64,000 bases of DNA from Candidatus Thorarchaeota archaeon (GTDB taxonomy: Archaea; Asgardarchaeota; Thorarchaeia; Thorarchaeales; Thorarchaeaceae). The DNA is taken from NCBI GenBank assembly GCA_019057475.1, contig DXJO01000041.1:32001-96000 (forward strand), read 5' to 3'. The translations under genes were made by a program, and so were the position numbers. The notes under the pieces are model-generated. The model was not told the origin of the DNA, ran no database searches, and was given only the letters and a program-made list of their open reading frames with translations. Positions 20,673 through 31,488 of this stretch are shown here, in pieces (within the stretch, counting starts at the first letter, position 1; the number at the start of each line of letters is the position of its first letter).

Positions 20673-21044
20673 TCAGAGCAGCTTGAGTTCACTAGTTACA
20701 AGATCGATATCTTCAATCTTCGCGGGGCCTATACCTAAAACTGTGACAGTGCCGGGAGGAAGTTCAGTCATTCCTGCATCTCTGATGAGAGCGATGGGAA
20801 GATTCTTGGATGCTGCTACGATTTCAAGTTTTAGCAGCTCTTCTTCTGAGCCAACTTTGACGGCCACCTTCTTCTGACCTTCATTGAGCCAGCGTTTCCA
20901 GAGCTCAGGCGCTCTAACCCTTGTCCGCTCAGCAGCAGTCACTGCACCGTGAGCCACCTGAACAGATATCTTACCGCGACTCATGCCCAAGTCGGTTCTG
21001 ACTGCGATAACTTGCTTGTATCTGAACTCGCGTTTAGCCATCAT
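20673..21044 (-). CDS. pth2: Peptidyl-tRNA hydrolase Pth2
   Basis: VRTDLGMSRGK, GQKKVAVK, DAGMTE, GIGP. Confidence 0.95.
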   Translation of the reverse strand: MMAKREFRYKQVIAVRTDLGMSRGKISVQVAHGAVTAAERTRVRAPELWKRWLNEGQKKVAVKVGSEEELLKLEIVAASKNLPIALIRDAGMTELPPGTVTVLGIGPAKIEDIDLVTSELKLL

Positions 21045-21121
21045 TTTGACCGCCCAGTCAGCTCTTCGACTCCAACCTAGGCGAGAGATAATAAAGGGTT
21101 GCCCTCAGGATTAATTCGAGA

Positions 21122-22336
21122 GTGGCTATTCTGAACCCCGAAGCGATTGTCATCGGAGCAGGGCCGGCGGGATTGCTGGCTGCAGCCGAAATCGCTCAAA
21201 GTGGTCATCGGGTTCAGGTGTTTGAAGAGCATCCTGAGATAGGGAAGCCTGATCATTGTGCTGGCTTGCTGAGCGCATCCGGATTGAACTTGCTGGGGCT
21301 CAAACCGCCTTCCGATGTTATTCAGAATCGGGTTTCGGGCGCCAGGATATTCGCTCCAGCGGGACAATCGCTATTGATTGAACGTGGTCGTCGTGAGGCG
21401 CTAGTAATCAATCGGTCGCGGTTCGATTCATGGTTGGCAGATAGGGCTAGGGACAACGGAGCAGACATCAATACTCAAGCGAAAGTTCTTGGAATACGAA
21501 CGAGTGAAAGCCATACCAAAATATTGAGCATTAGAGAAGAAGGAATGTCGTCAGAACGCAGTGCTCAAGTCATTATCAATGCAGAAGGCTCTCGGTGTCA
21601 GATCTCCAAAGCATTGAGTCTACCGGTAGTATCAAGGCGGAACAAGCTTCCTGCGTACCAGTATGAAGTGAAAGGTGTCGATATTGATGATGACATTGTG
21701 GAGATGTTCTATGGACGCCAGATTGCGCCTGGGTTCTTCGCTTGGTTGATACCTATGGGCGAGGGGAGGGCAAGAGTTGGTCTTGCAGCCAAGGATAGTG
21801 CGAAACCTCGACTAAGAGCCGCGATTAATCACCACCCAGTCCTACGAGAGCGACTAAAGGGTGCCACTCTAGAGAGAGGATTCGGAGGAATTGTGCTCGT
21901 GGGGTTGCCGGTAAGAAGATCCTTTGCTCAAGGGGTCGTTGTAGTAGGTGATGCTGCGGGTATGGTCAAGGCAACAACAGGCGGCGGTATTATTGTGGGA
22001 GGAATTGCAGCTCAAATTGCAGGAAGGACTGTCACCAAAGCGCTTGATGAGAGGGATTTCTCACACAAATCACTGAGCCGCTACGAATCGGGTTGGCGGT
22101 TCCGAACCTTGAAAGACTTGCGGATGATGTACGTAGCTCAAAGAGCATTGTCCGTTCTCTCAGACAAGGGATTGAACTCCATAATAGAGGATGCGAAATC
22201 TATGGGACTTGTGGAGATTGTGAAGGAAGAGGGCGACATGGACATGCAGCGCAAGGTGATCGCTCGGCTTATGCGGGATCCCAGAACGTTTGTCTTGGGT
22301 CTGAAAGCGTTGAAATACATAGACCCACTTGTCTAG
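21122..22336 (+). CDS. Geranylgeranyl reductase-family FAD oxidoreductase
   Basis: GAGPAG, GKPDHCAG, FAWLIP, VGDAAG..K.TTGGGI. Confidence 0.85.
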   Translation: MAILNPEAIVIGAGPAGLLAAAEIAQSGHRVQVFEEHPEIGKPDHCAGLLSASGLNLLGLKPPSDVIQNRVSGARIFAPAGQSLLIERGRREALVINRSRFDSWLADRARDNGADINTQAKVLGIRTSESHTKILSIREEGMSSERSAQVIINAEGSRCQISKALSLPVVSRRNKLPAYQYEVKGVDIDDDIVEMFYGRQIAPGFFAWLIPMGEGRARVGLAAKDSAKPRLRAAINHHPVLRERLKGATLERGFGGIVLVGLPVRRSFAQGVVVVGDAAGMVKATTGGGIIVGGIAAQIAGRTVTKALDERDFSHKSLSRYESGWRFRTLKDLRMMYVAQRALSVLSDKGLNSIIEDAKSMGLVEIVKEEGDMDMQRKVIARLMRDPRTFVLGLKALKYIDPLV

Positions 22337-22371
22337 TGAATAGCCATCTTTATGTGTAAAGTGCATGCCGG

Positions 22372-23769
22372 GTGACGATGAGGCCCTACTACATGGTGGG
22401 TAGAGAGAAACCAGGGATACTAGACACCGCAGCATCATTGCTCGAGGAATACCCTCTATGTAACAGATGCTTGGGTCGACAGTTCGCCTGGTTGAGCACT
22501 GGCACATCGAACGACCAGAGAGGATATTCAATCAAGCTCATACTCTCAATGAAGGCTGATGAGATAATCAAATCTGATGCGAAGGACGAAGGCAGGAAAC
22601 TACTCGCGACTCTCGCTGGCAACGGCATGTTCTCTCCAGCGCAGATTCTTGCTGAGAAAGAAGCACTAGATCATGAGAAGGGCAAGGTCTGTCACCTCTG
22701 TGCAGTGGATGTTGATTGTGCGTTCGACAAAATACCAGAGATCGTTCAACGGGCGGTGAGGGAAACAGAAGACATCGAATTCTACACCTTCCTCGCAGGG
22801 TCCATACCACACCCAATCCTCGCGGAAAGGGAAGATGAATTGAAAGGACAACATAATCTCATCTACGGAGAAACCATGAGGTCTGACTTCAATAGGGAGT
22901 TCGGGAAACAGGTTAGCGCGGCCTTTGACAAACCCGTTGACTTTGATAAGCCGGAACTGGTTGTAGTCTATGATATGCAGAACGATTTGGTTAGGCTGCA
23001 AATCAACCCGCTGTTTATCTACGGTAGGTATCGAAAGAGGGTGGTGGGAGTCCCCCAAAGCCGATGGGATTGTTCGGATTGCAATGGCAAAGGATGTGAT
23101 GCTTGTCACAACACCGGGAGAAGGTACCCGGACTCCATTTCGGAGTATGTTAGTTTGCCAATCCAAGAAGCCGCCAAAGGCACCCGTTTCAAATTTCATG
23201 CTGCAGGACGGGAAGATGTGGACGCTCTGATGCTTGGGTCTGGACGTCCATTCGTTGTGGAGATTACTAGGCCTCGCGTAAGAACGCTGAATCTTCCTAA
23301 GCTGGAGAAGAAAATCAGAAAGAAATCACGCAAGAAGGTGGAAGTCGAAGGCTTGCGGCCCACTAACAGACAACATCTGCAACGACTTAAGAGTGAATCT
23401 TCTGAGAACATCAAGGAGTATTCAGCCATCATCAAGACGGACCGAGAGTTGACTGATGATGAAGTAAGAAGAGCAGAAAGAGAACTAACAGGTATTGACC
23501 TTGCTCAGAGAACTCCAATGCGAGTGGCACACAGAAGAAGTGACTTGACAAGGAAGAAGCACATCTACGAGGTACGACTGAAGAAGAAGGGAAACCATGA
23601 GCTGGACGGTTACTTCAAGGTTCAAGGTGGCACCTACATCAAGGAATTGATATCAGGAGACGAAGGAAGAACTATACCATCGGTTTCCGATAAGGTAGGT
23701 TCTGCATGCGTTTGCACCGAATTGATTGTTACAGCGATTCACAGCCTAGAAACAGACCATAATCCTTAA
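22372..23769 (+). CDS. pus10: tRNA pseudouridine(54/55) synthase Pus10
   Basis: LCNRCLGR, AAGREDVDA.MLG.GRPF, QRTP.RVAHRR, GGTYIKELI. Confidence 0.95.
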   Translation: MTMRPYYMVGREKPGILDTAASLLEEYPLCNRCLGRQFAWLSTGTSNDQRGYSIKLILSMKADEIIKSDAKDEGRKLLATLAGNGMFSPAQILAEKEALDHEKGKVCHLCAVDVDCAFDKIPEIVQRAVRETEDIEFYTFLAGSIPHPILAEREDELKGQHNLIYGETMRSDFNREFGKQVSAAFDKPVDFDKPELVVVYDMQNDLVRLQINPLFIYGRYRKRVVGVPQSRWDCSDCNGKGCDACHNTGRRYPDSISEYVSLPIQEAAKGTRFKFHAAGREDVDALMLGSGRPFVVEITRPRVRTLNLPKLEKKIRKKSRKKVEVEGLRPTNRQHLQRLKSESSENIKEYSAIIKTDRELTDDEVRRAERELTGIDLAQRTPMRVAHRRSDLTRKKHIYEVRLKKKGNHELDGYFKVQGGTYIKELISGDEGRTIPSVSDKVGSACVCTELIVTAIHSLETDHNP

Positions 23770-23862
23770 GTGGCGACCCAAGAGGAGAGGCTCGGCCTCG
23801 GGTACGTAAGGGAATATCTCTCGCACCAATCGAGGTACTAACGAACAACATGTTGATGCCCT

Positions 23863-24159
23863 ATGGTCAAGAAGAGTCATGGTTACCGTGCTCGCACAAG
23901 AGCTTTGATGAGCAAAAGGGTACGGACGCGTGGTCTTGTCCCTCCGAACAGAGTGCTCGTCGACTTTGAGAAAGGGCAGAGAGTCGATATAGTGATAGAC
24001 CCGGGTTTTCACAAGGGCATGCCTCATCGAAGGTATCAAGGGAGAACGGGTGTTGTCAAAGAAATGCGTGGAAGGGCAGTTGTCGTTGATGTCAGCCTTG
24101 GTAAAGCCATGAAGACATTGATCATAAGACCCGAGCACCTTCAAGTCAGCAAAGGCTGA
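23863..24159 (+). CDS. rpl21e: Ribosomal protein eL21
   Basis: GYRARTR, HKGMPHRRYQGRTG, RPEHL. Confidence 0.96.
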   Translation: MVKKSHGYRARTRALMSKRVRTRGLVPPNRVLVDFEKGQRVDIVIDPGFHKGMPHRRYQGRTGVVKEMRGRAVVVDVSLGKAMKTLIIRPEHLQVSKG

Positions 24160-24169
24160 GTGATACCAC

Positions 24170-24505
24170 ATGCCAAGAGAAGTCTTAGCGGAAGAGGAAA
24201 TAACCCTCCCGCAAGTGAAAAAGGTCCTAGCCAAACGAGCCAAAGAGGGGGAGCTATCATTTCAGCAGACAATCACTCTGGAGCATGCTTCATCGTTCTC
24301 TAAGATGGCACCAGCTGTATCAAGGAAGCTCGTGGAACGCCTCATCAAGAAGTATTCCGTCAAGCGGGTTAAGGCCGTTCAAGTGGCAAATATAGCTCCA
24401 ACAACCAAGGAAGAGCTGAGGACTATCCTTGATGCGCGGTCTACTGACGTGACTGATGAACAGCTGATAGAGATAGTGGACCTTGTTTTAAAGTCAAGAT
24501 CTTGA
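24170..24505 (+). CDS. rpo4: RNA polymerase subunit Rpo4 (F)
   Basis: Position in the conserved rpl21e-rpo4-DUF655-rsmA cluster; ELSFQQ...ANIAPTTKEELR. Confidence 0.88.
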   Translation: MPREVLAEEEITLPQVKKVLAKRAKEGELSFQQTITLEHASSFSKMAPAVSRKLVERLIKKYSVKRVKAVQVANIAPTTKEELRTILDARSTDVTDEQLIEIVDLVLKSRS

Positions 24506-24620
24506 ATTTCGACCAATTGACTGCGACCAGAACTGGTGTGAAGTAAGAGCGCTGCATTTTTATCCACAAACAGCTATTTGCTCATGTAATGCGGCTTGAT
24601 AGTGTCAGGAGTGTAAGAGT

Positions 24621-25223
24621 ATGGAATCATCTCAAGGCAGGATGTACGAGAGTCACGCATATGTCCTGGCAGTCATTCAGCCGAAGCTATACCTGAGAGA
24701 TTCACGACCACGAGGAGACCCCGTAGTACAGGCAGTGGGTGAGTCGCACTTCACTCTTCTTGAACTTGTACCCCGAGGTGGTGCTAGATTCAACCCTCAA
24801 GATCGTGTGTCAATTCAGAAGGACTCCCAGACCAACATCGATCATGTGAAACGGAGAGTCTTCTACGAGGACCTGATTCCTGAAAGCACAGCAGAGCTGT
24901 CATTCGTCATTGAATTAATCGTAACGAAGCATGAACACAAATTCGTGCAGTTCTTCAATGAAGCGAAACCAATCACAACTAGAATGCATTCGCTCCAACT
25001 CCTTCCTGGTGTGGGGAAGACGTTGATGTGGGCGCTTCTTGATGAGAGAAAGAAGGCGCCATTCAAGAACTTCGAAGATATCGCTGCTCGGACCAAGCTG
25101 CAGAATCCAAAGAAGACCATTACTGCAAGAATCATCAATGAGCTGAAAGAGGATGTTAAGCGGTGGATATTTGTTCGTCCGTCTAGGCGAAGCGATGATG
25201 AGAGAAGACAATGGCCAGGGTGA
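24621..25223 (+). CDS. DUF655 putative RNA-binding protein
   Basis: QAVGESHFTLLE, RMHSLQLLPGVGK; cluster context. Confidence 0.88.
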   Translation: MESSQGRMYESHAYVLAVIQPKLYLRDSRPRGDPVVQAVGESHFTLLELVPRGGARFNPQDRVSIQKDSQTNIDHVKRRVFYEDLIPESTAELSFVIELIVTKHEHKFVQFFNEAKPITTRMHSLQLLPGVGKTLMWALLDERKKAPFKNFEDIAARTKLQNPKKTITARIINELKEDVKRWIFVRPSRRSDDERRQWPG

Positions 25224-26098
25224 GATCTCTGTATCAAGAAGAGGTCAAATCCCTGCTTCAGAAATACTCGGTACGACCTAGCAAGAAGGCTGGTCAGAGC
25301 TTTCTCACAAGTCACAGAATTGCCAAGGACATCGTATCGTCCGCGAATCTGACCAAGGATGAATCGGTCTTGGAGATTGGCGGAGGGCTAGGCATTCTCA
25401 CTCAATGGCTTGCTCAGTGTGCTAAGACTGTATATGTTGTCGAGAAGGACGTGGGATTAGTCAGAGCTCTAAGAGAAATCCTGAGTGGACTGGACAATGT
25501 CGAGATCATAGAGGGCGATGCACTGGCGATAGACTTCCCTGAAGCTGACAAAGTGGTCTGCAATCTGCCCTACAGCATTTCTTCTGATATCACCTTCCGA
25601 CTTATTGAGCAAGTGAAATTCGAAAGCGCTACTCTGATGTATCAGAAGGAATTCGCAGAAAGACTCCTTGCAGAACCGGGGTCAGGCAATTACGCACGTT
25701 TGACAATTGGTGTGAGATATCATGTTGATGTGGCACAGATCATGAGTGTGCCAGCAAGTATGTTCTATCCCGTTCCAAAAGTCGATTCAAGTGTTGTTTG
25801 CTTGACACCCAGATTAGCGGGGCCATTCGCGAGAAATCCTGAGGTTTTCTTCTGGCTTATTCATGGCACATATTCCTACCCAAACAAACAGATTGGGAAG
25901 GCACTTCGAATCTGGTTCCGAAATATGAAGTTGGACAAAGCCCTAGCTAACACGCTCCTGGATAGAGCGGGGGCTTCTGTGACTGGCACCGAACGGCTAA
26001 GGAACCTAACACTGGATATCCTGGTTACGCTTGCAGACTGCCTCGTGGAAATGATAGAGGACGAATTAGTACCGGGTCCAAGGGGCAAGAACATGTGA
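25211..26098 (+). CDS. rsmA: 16S rRNA adenine dimethyltransferase (KsgA/Dim1)
   Basis: GQSFL, LEIGGGLG, NLPYSIS, PVPKVDS. Confidence 0.95.
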   Translation: MARVRSLYQEEVKSLLQKYSVRPSKKAGQSFLTSHRIAKDIVSSANLTKDESVLEIGGGLGILTQWLAQCAKTVYVVEKDVGLVRALREILSGLDNVEIIEGDALAIDFPEADKVVCNLPYSISSDITFRLIEQVKFESATLMYQKEFAERLLAEPGSGNYARLTIGVRYHVDVAQIMSVPASMFYPVPKVDSSVVCLTPRLAGPFARNPEVFFWLIHGTYSYPNKQIGKALRIWFRNMKLDKALANTLLDRAGASVTGTERLRNLTLDILVTLADCLVEMIEDELVPGPRGKNM

Positions 26099-26682
26099 GA
26101 GTAGAAGACCTTGATTTTAGGGTTGATTCCGGGGTGTATGCTCCAGTTGAAGACACGTTTCTATTGATAGATGCCATTGATTTTGACCGCGATGATGTTT
26201 TTCTGGATGTGGGCTGTGGTGCTGGGCTTCTGACACTAGGCGCCGCCAGAATCGCAAAAAGAGTTGTAGCGATTGATATCTCCCTGGAGGCTGCTTGGAA
26301 CACGCTAAGGAACCTCGAGCGAAACGGGCTTGATCTCCCGTGCAGTGTCATGCAGTCGGAATTGCTTGGTTCCATTCCTCCAGCCGCATTGTTCTCAGTA
26401 ATCGCCTTCAATCCGCCATATCTTCCTTATGATGGCACCACAACTGATATGGATCATGCGTTGTTGGGAGGGGTTAACGGCACTGAACTCGCCGAGCGTT
26501 TCATTCAACAGGCTGTCAGGCATCTTCAGAAAGGGGGTTCTATCTTCGTCGTCAGTTCATCTCTTGCGAACATCAAAGACTTGAAGAATGTGATGGTGAA
26601 TTGTGGTCTTGATATTGATATCGTAGCGAGTTTGTCAATATTCTTTGAAAAGATACAAGTACTGAAGGGAACTCAGCAATAA
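26095..26682 (+). CDS. HemK2/N6AMT1-like methyltransferase
   Basis: VYAPVEDTFLL, DVGCGAG, FNPPYLP. Confidence 0.9.
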   Translation: MRVEDLDFRVDSGVYAPVEDTFLLIDAIDFDRDDVFLDVGCGAGLLTLGAARIAKRVVAIDISLEAAWNTLRNLERNGLDLPCSVMQSELLGSIPPAALFSVIAFNPPYLPYDGTTTDMDHALLGGVNGTELAERFIQQAVRHLQKGGSIFVVSSSLANIKDLKNVMVNCGLDIDIVASLSIFFEKIQVLKGTQQ

Positions 26683-26759
26683 TACCACAAGGAAACCGTT
26701 TTATTCCACCATCAAATTGGGCGGCAAAATACACATCGAAACGCGTGAGGTTATCGACA

Positions 26760-27569
26760 GTGTCCAACGAAAAGGCCAAGAAGAAGACAACCAAGAAAAA
26801 ACCGAAGTCCACGAAACAGACAACAGGGAAGAGTGCGGCCAAGAAGCCGGTTGCTGAGAATGTTGTTAGCGAAGGCAGTCTCCTGTATGTCGATTACATC
26901 ATTAAAACCAAGAGAGATGGAAAAGTCTTCGATTGTACCATGGAGGATGTCGCGCGGAAAGAAGGCATGTACAAGGAGGATGAGCGGTATGAGCCAATGC
27001 TCGTCGGAATTGGCTGGAACTGGCTTCTCGCTGCTGTCGAGGAAGAGCTAATCGGGATGAAGGTGGGGGAATCAAAAACTGTTGAGGTGCCACCAGAGAA
27101 AGGATCAGGACCTAGAGACCCAAGCAAGATCAAACTATTCGCCAAAACAAAACTGGCCAAACACGGAGTACGGCCCATAAAGGGGGAAGAGGTGAAGATA
27201 GGTCACGAGCGAGGTGTGATTACCCAAGTGCTTGGACGTCGTGTCAGAGTTGACTTCAACAGTCCGCTAGCCGGAAAAACCCTTGTTTTCGATATTACGG
27301 CCAGAGAGCTCGTTACTGACCCCGAGAAGAAGGTCTTGGCAGTCATCAAAAGAAGAATCCCTGCCGTACCAGTAGACCAGTTTGGTGTGTCCATTAAGGG
27401 AAAGACTGTCACTATTGAGTTCCCGCAGGCGAGTCGCTACATTGAAGGAATTCAGTATGCGGAGATTGGCGTGGCTTCTGACGCGCTTAAGGTGATTGAG
27501 AAAGCCAAGAAAGTCAAGTTTGTCGTCAACTACGAACGACCTGAGGCTCCTAAGAAAATCGAAACCTAG
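26760..27569 (+). CDS. Long FKBP-type peptidyl-prolyl isomerase (SlyD-like)
   Basis: VFDCT, VEVPPEK..GPRDP, VDFNSPLAGKTL. Confidence 0.9.
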   Translation: MSNEKAKKKTTKKKPKSTKQTTGKSAAKKPVAENVVSEGSLLYVDYIIKTKRDGKVFDCTMEDVARKEGMYKEDERYEPMLVGIGWNWLLAAVEEELIGMKVGESKTVEVPPEKGSGPRDPSKIKLFAKTKLAKHGVRPIKGEEVKIGHERGVITQVLGRRVRVDFNSPLAGKTLVFDITARELVTDPEKKVLAVIKRRIPAVPVDQFGVSIKGKTVTIEFPQASRYIEGIQYAEIGVASDALKVIEKAKKVKFVVNYERPEAPKKIET

Positions 27570-27699
27570 CTCCACAAGGATTTCAACGCAAGTGAATCGC
27601 AAGAGCGACCACTAAGAAACGTTTTAATACGAATCTCAGGACCAGCTCTTTGTCACTAGTTCTCCTAGGCTATATTTCATTGATACGGAGTTACTCGAT

Positions 27700-28338
27700 A
27701 TGGAACATCAGATGCAGCCACCTGCAGAGGTAACCAAGACAGGAACTACAACTGTTGGCTTGATAGCAAAAGATTGTGTCATCCTGGCTAGCGACCAGAG
27801 AGCGACCATGGGTTACCTTATCGCCAATAAGACAGCCAAAAAGATTTACCAAATCAGCGACAGCATTGGTGCGACAATTGCAGGTTCAGTTGCTGATGCT
27901 CAGGCAATTATGGAACTTCTGAAAGCAGAAGCGAAGCTCTTTGAGATTCAGAGAGGACGACCCATGCGTGTTAGGGCACTAACACGTCTCTTGAGCAACA
28001 TAATGTTCTCAGCTCGAGGAACATATATGCTCCAATGCCTAGTGGGAGGATTTGATGACGAGGGCCCACAGGTCTTCTACACGGACTTCATTGGGTCCGT
28101 CCTGCCCGATAAGTACACATCGACAGGATCGGGATCCCCGATAGCTTTTGGTGTCTTGGAAGCAGAGTACAAGGATGGGCTTGCCAAGAAGAAGGCCATA
28201 GAGCTTGCAGTGCGAGCAATCGCCGCAGCAATCGAAAGAGATGCTGCAACAGGAAACTCGATTCTTGTGAGTGTTATCGATAAGGACGGCTACAAAGAAG
28301 TAGACAAAGACGTCATCACGAAGATCTGGAAACGGTAG
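27700..28338 (+). CDS. psmB: Proteasome beta subunit
   Basis: KTG/TTTVG propeptide junction, AGSVADAQ, TGSGS. Confidence 0.95.
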   Translation: MEHQMQPPAEVTKTGTTTVGLIAKDCVILASDQRATMGYLIANKTAKKIYQISDSIGATIAGSVADAQAIMELLKAEAKLFEIQRGRPMRVRALTRLLSNIMFSARGTYMLQCLVGGFDDEGPQVFYTDFIGSVLPDKYTSTGSGSPIAFGVLEAEYKDGLAKKKAIELAVRAIAAAIERDAATGNSILVSVIDKDGYKEVDKDVITKIWKR

Positions 28339-28453
28339 TAGTAGACATTGTTTTTTGTCAGCTCTATCTGAAACCGTTTCAGCCCAGTGGCTGTGGGTCT
28401 TAGATGAAACCATAGGGGCAAGTAATACGCCTTAAACTACGATGTGATTCTAG

Positions 28454-30364
28454 ATGGGTTCCCGCAACAATGAGCACGTTGACATTCGTGAAGCAATCAA
28501 GGAAGCGCTTCCAAGATCGGCCGCGATAAGCGCTGTTGAGTATGAAGGTCCGGAGATTGCGATATATTCGAAAGCGCCAAAGATACTTCTTGACGACGGG
28601 GATATGATCAAGGCACTAGCCCGCAAGATGAGAAAACGCATCGTAGTCAGGTCGGCCCCGGAAGTGAGAATTTCTCATGAAGATGCTGAGAAGTCGGTAC
28701 GTGAGCTGGTGCCTGCGGATGCGGAGATAACCTCAATTGATTTTGACGATTCAAGAGGCGAAGTCATAATCGAAGCCCAGAAACCGGGCCTCGTGATTGG
28801 CAGAAGTGGAACAACGCTCAGAGAGATTACGAGGCGTACCTTTTGGCGGCCAGCCGTGATGAGAACTCCACCTATTGAAAGCAAGCTGATTAAACAGATT
28901 CGTTACATCATTCAATCGGAGGCAGCAAGCAGGAACAAGTCATTCCGGGAGATTGGGAGAAGGATACATCGGCGGAGTCTGGTGGATAACGGATGGATTA
29001 GACTAACTGCACTAGGAGGGTTTCGCGAGGTTGGAAGACAATGCATGCTTCTTCAGACTTCTGAGAGTAGCATCCTGATTGAATGCGGCGTGAACGTGGG
29101 CACTCCAACTAGAGCTTTTCCTCGTTTGGATATGCCGGAGTTCAGCATTGACAATCTAGATGCGGTGGTCATCACCCATGCTCACCTAGACCACTGCGGC
29201 ATGGTTCCGTTCTTGTTCAAGTATGGGTATCGCGGACCAGTTTACATGACTGCCCCGACACTCAATCTCTCCACGCTCCTTCAGCTAGACTATCTCGATG
29301 TGGCTGAACGAGAAGGGAAGCTTAGACCGTATCGTGATAAAGATGTGAAAGAAGCTATTCTGCACACAATTCCATTGAACTATGGAGAAGTAACTGATAT
29401 TGCTCCAGATGTCCGTTTGACACTTCACAATGCAGGGCATATCCTCGGATCGGCCATTATCCATCTGCACATAGGAGATGGTCGATATAATATGGCATAC
29501 ACAGGCGACTTCAAGTTCGGCCGCACTAGGCTTCTTGAGCCCGCTACGTTCACATTCCCCAGGTTGGAGGCCCTCATCGTAGAGAGTACTTATGGCCACC
29601 CGACAGACAAGATGCCCCCTAGACAGGAGGTTGAGAGAAAGTTTGCGTCGATAATTAAGCGAACGTTAGCGAGAGGCGGGAAGATACTGATTCCAGTCCT
29701 TGCAGTTGGCCGAGCACAGGAGATTATGCTTGTGCTGGAGGACTTAGTTTCCAAGAAGCGGATTCCGAGGATTCCAATCTACATTGAGGGGATGATTGCC
29801 CAAGCCACAGCAATCCATACAACACATCCAGAGGCCCTCAGCAAAAAGATACGGGAAATGGTATTTCACCAGGGGGTCAACCCATTCTTGAGCGATATCT
29901 TTGTTCAAGTGGACAACCCCGACCAGCGCGAGGAGATTGTGGAGGGCGAACCCTGCATTATCATGGCTACCTCGGGGATGCTAGCTGGTGGACCAAGTGT
30001 GGACTACTTCCGACTCCTAGCATCTGATGAGAAGAATACGTTGGCATTTGTTTCATATCAAGGGGCAAATACGCTTGGCAGTAGAATCCAAAAGGGCTGG
30101 AAAGAGGTACGCATGAAGAACCATGAGGGAGAGACGAGGGCGATTCCCGTGAACCTTGAGATTACCACTGTCGAAGGCTTTTCGGGACACTCCGACAGAA
30201 AGCAAATACTGAACTTCGTTAAACGTGTCAGTCCCGTTCCAGAAATTGTACTAACCTGTCATGGAGAAGCGTCCAAGTGCACGAATCTTGCCTCAACAAT
30301 CCACAAAGCGCTAAACATTGACACAATGGCGTTGAGGGTCACAGAAACCGTCAAGCTGAGATAA
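28454..30364 (+). CDS. fttA: aCPSF1/FttA beta-CASP ribonuclease with KH domains
   Basis: YEGPEI, KPGLVIG, HAHLDH, GFSGHSD; directly after psmB, the usual archaeal order. Confidence 0.95.
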   Translation: MGSRNNEHVDIREAIKEALPRSAAISAVEYEGPEIAIYSKAPKILLDDGDMIKALARKMRKRIVVRSAPEVRISHEDAEKSVRELVPADAEITSIDFDDSRGEVIIEAQKPGLVIGRSGTTLREITRRTFWRPAVMRTPPIESKLIKQIRYIIQSEAASRNKSFREIGRRIHRRSLVDNGWIRLTALGGFREVGRQCMLLQTSESSILIECGVNVGTPTRAFPRLDMPEFSIDNLDAVVITHAHLDHCGMVPFLFKYGYRGPVYMTAPTLNLSTLLQLDYLDVAEREGKLRPYRDKDVKEAILHTIPLNYGEVTDIAPDVRLTLHNAGHILGSAIIHLHIGDGRYNMAYTGDFKFGRTRLLEPATFTFPRLEALIVESTYGHPTDKMPPRQEVERKFASIIKRTLARGGKILIPVLAVGRAQEIMLVLEDLVSKKRIPRIPIYIEGMIAQATAIHTTHPEALSKKIREMVFHQGVNPFLSDIFVQVDNPDQREEIVEGEPCIIMATSGMLAGGPSVDYFRLLASDEKNTLAFVSYQGANTLGSRIQKGWKEVRMKNHEGETRAIPVNLEITTVEGFSGHSDRKQILNFVKRVSPVPEIVLTCHGEASKCTNLASTIHKALNIDTMALRVTETVKLR

Positions 30365-30374
30365 CGCTGTGTGC

Positions 30375-30776
30375 TCAGTACTTGACGAACCAGGGTGTTA
30401 CTATGACGCAGTTATCGTTAACTAGAGCAATGTCTGCACTGTAGCTTCGGGTTTCTCCACGAATGCGCTCGATTATGCGTTTCAATTCCAGATGGCTCTG
30501 TTCTTTTCCGTCATTCATTCTTGTGATGTCAAGGAGTATGATGTTGCCATTACGGATTTGATCTACAACATAGGGAACATCATTGAGAGAGTCAAGGCGT
30601 TTTGATCTAATGAATATGGACTCGAGCTCCGCTAGCCTCTTGCATTCATGAGCAGGGTCTGGACTTTCGCCTTTCACAGCGGGCGAGAATACACCTAGGC
30701 CTGCATATGGCGGAATTACCGTCGTTTCATTGTCAGCCTCTTTCTTGTCTCGCTTGCGTCTAAACAGGGAACGCAC
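30375..30776 (-). CDS. sepF: SepF-like cell division protein
   Basis: LNDV..V.DQIRNGNIILLDI...ELKRIIE...VIVTP. Confidence 0.75.
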   Translation of the reverse strand: MRSLFRRKRDKKEADNETTVIPPYAGLGVFSPAVKGESPDPAHECKRLAELESIFIRSKRLDSLNDVPYVVDQIRNGNIILLDITRMNDGKEQSHLELKRIIERIRGETRSYSADIALVNDNCVIVTPWFVKY

Positions 30777-30847
30777 TTAGAATCACCTCGAGTTACGGAT
30801 GCTCTAAACTGGCATAAGAAGAAAAGACCTAGTATTATGAGGTTGGC

Positions 30848-30979
30848 ATAGCCTCATCAAAGAGGAGCCTCGCAAGGAACAGATTCGCCAAGAACTCGGG
30901 ATTGGAACCTGAATTTGCAAAGGAGCTGTACAAGGCTGCACTCAATCATATCCGAGCAGAGATGGCCAAGGATGACTGA
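30848..30979 (+). CDS. Possible 43-aa small protein or gene fragment (ATA start)
   Basis: IASSKRSLARNRFAKNSGLEPEFAKELYKAALNHIRAEMAKDD* fills the gap between sepF and the PUA gene; GAGGT upstream; no canonical start. Confidence 0.3.
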   Translation: MASSKRSLARNRFAKNSGLEPEFAKELYKAALNHIRAEMAKDD

Positions 30980-30984
30980 ACAGT

Positions 30985-31488
30985 TCAAATCTTGAATTCC
31001 CAAAGCTTGTCGCCGATATGGTGTATTGATTGAATTACCTTGCCTGAAGCTGCGCTACGGAGTTCTTCACTTGACATCTTGGAGACCCCAACTGCAAGAG
31101 GTTTTCCATGCCGCTCATCGACTATGGCGACGATTGATCCCGCCTTGATTCCATCCTCTATGTGAGTGATTCCGGGCCGCATGATGTCTGCACCGTTGAC
31201 GACAAACTTGACTGCTCCCATGTCGACTGTCACCTTCGGGATCCTCACAACTTCGCTGAGTAGTGCCCGGAGAGTTGGGAAGAGAACTCCATCGGTTTCA
31301 AAGAAGATAATCTCGCCTTCTACTAGGATGACCCGTGACCCGTCATCCAGCACGCCTTCTTCGAGCTTTGTCTTTTCATCCAGCCCTGTTATACTCGAAC
31401 TCAGAATATCCTCTATCCGCTCCAGCTCCCTCCTCTGGTCGCGTTTCTTCATTGGATGGCGTCTTCTAATACGTTCTATCTTTGGCAT
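30985..31488 (-). CDS. PUA-domain RNA-binding protein (MCT-1/Tma20-like, DUF1947)
   Basis: FPTL, VDMGAVKFVVNGADIMRPGI, HHIGDKLW. Confidence 0.9.
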   Translation of the reverse strand: MPKIERIRRRHPMKKRDQRRELERIEDILSSSITGLDEKTKLEEGVLDDGSRVILVEGEIIFFETDGVLFPTLRALLSEVVRIPKVTVDMGAVKFVVNGADIMRPGITHIEDGIKAGSIVAIVDERHGKPLAVGVSKMSSEELRSAASGKVIQSIHHIGDKLWEFKI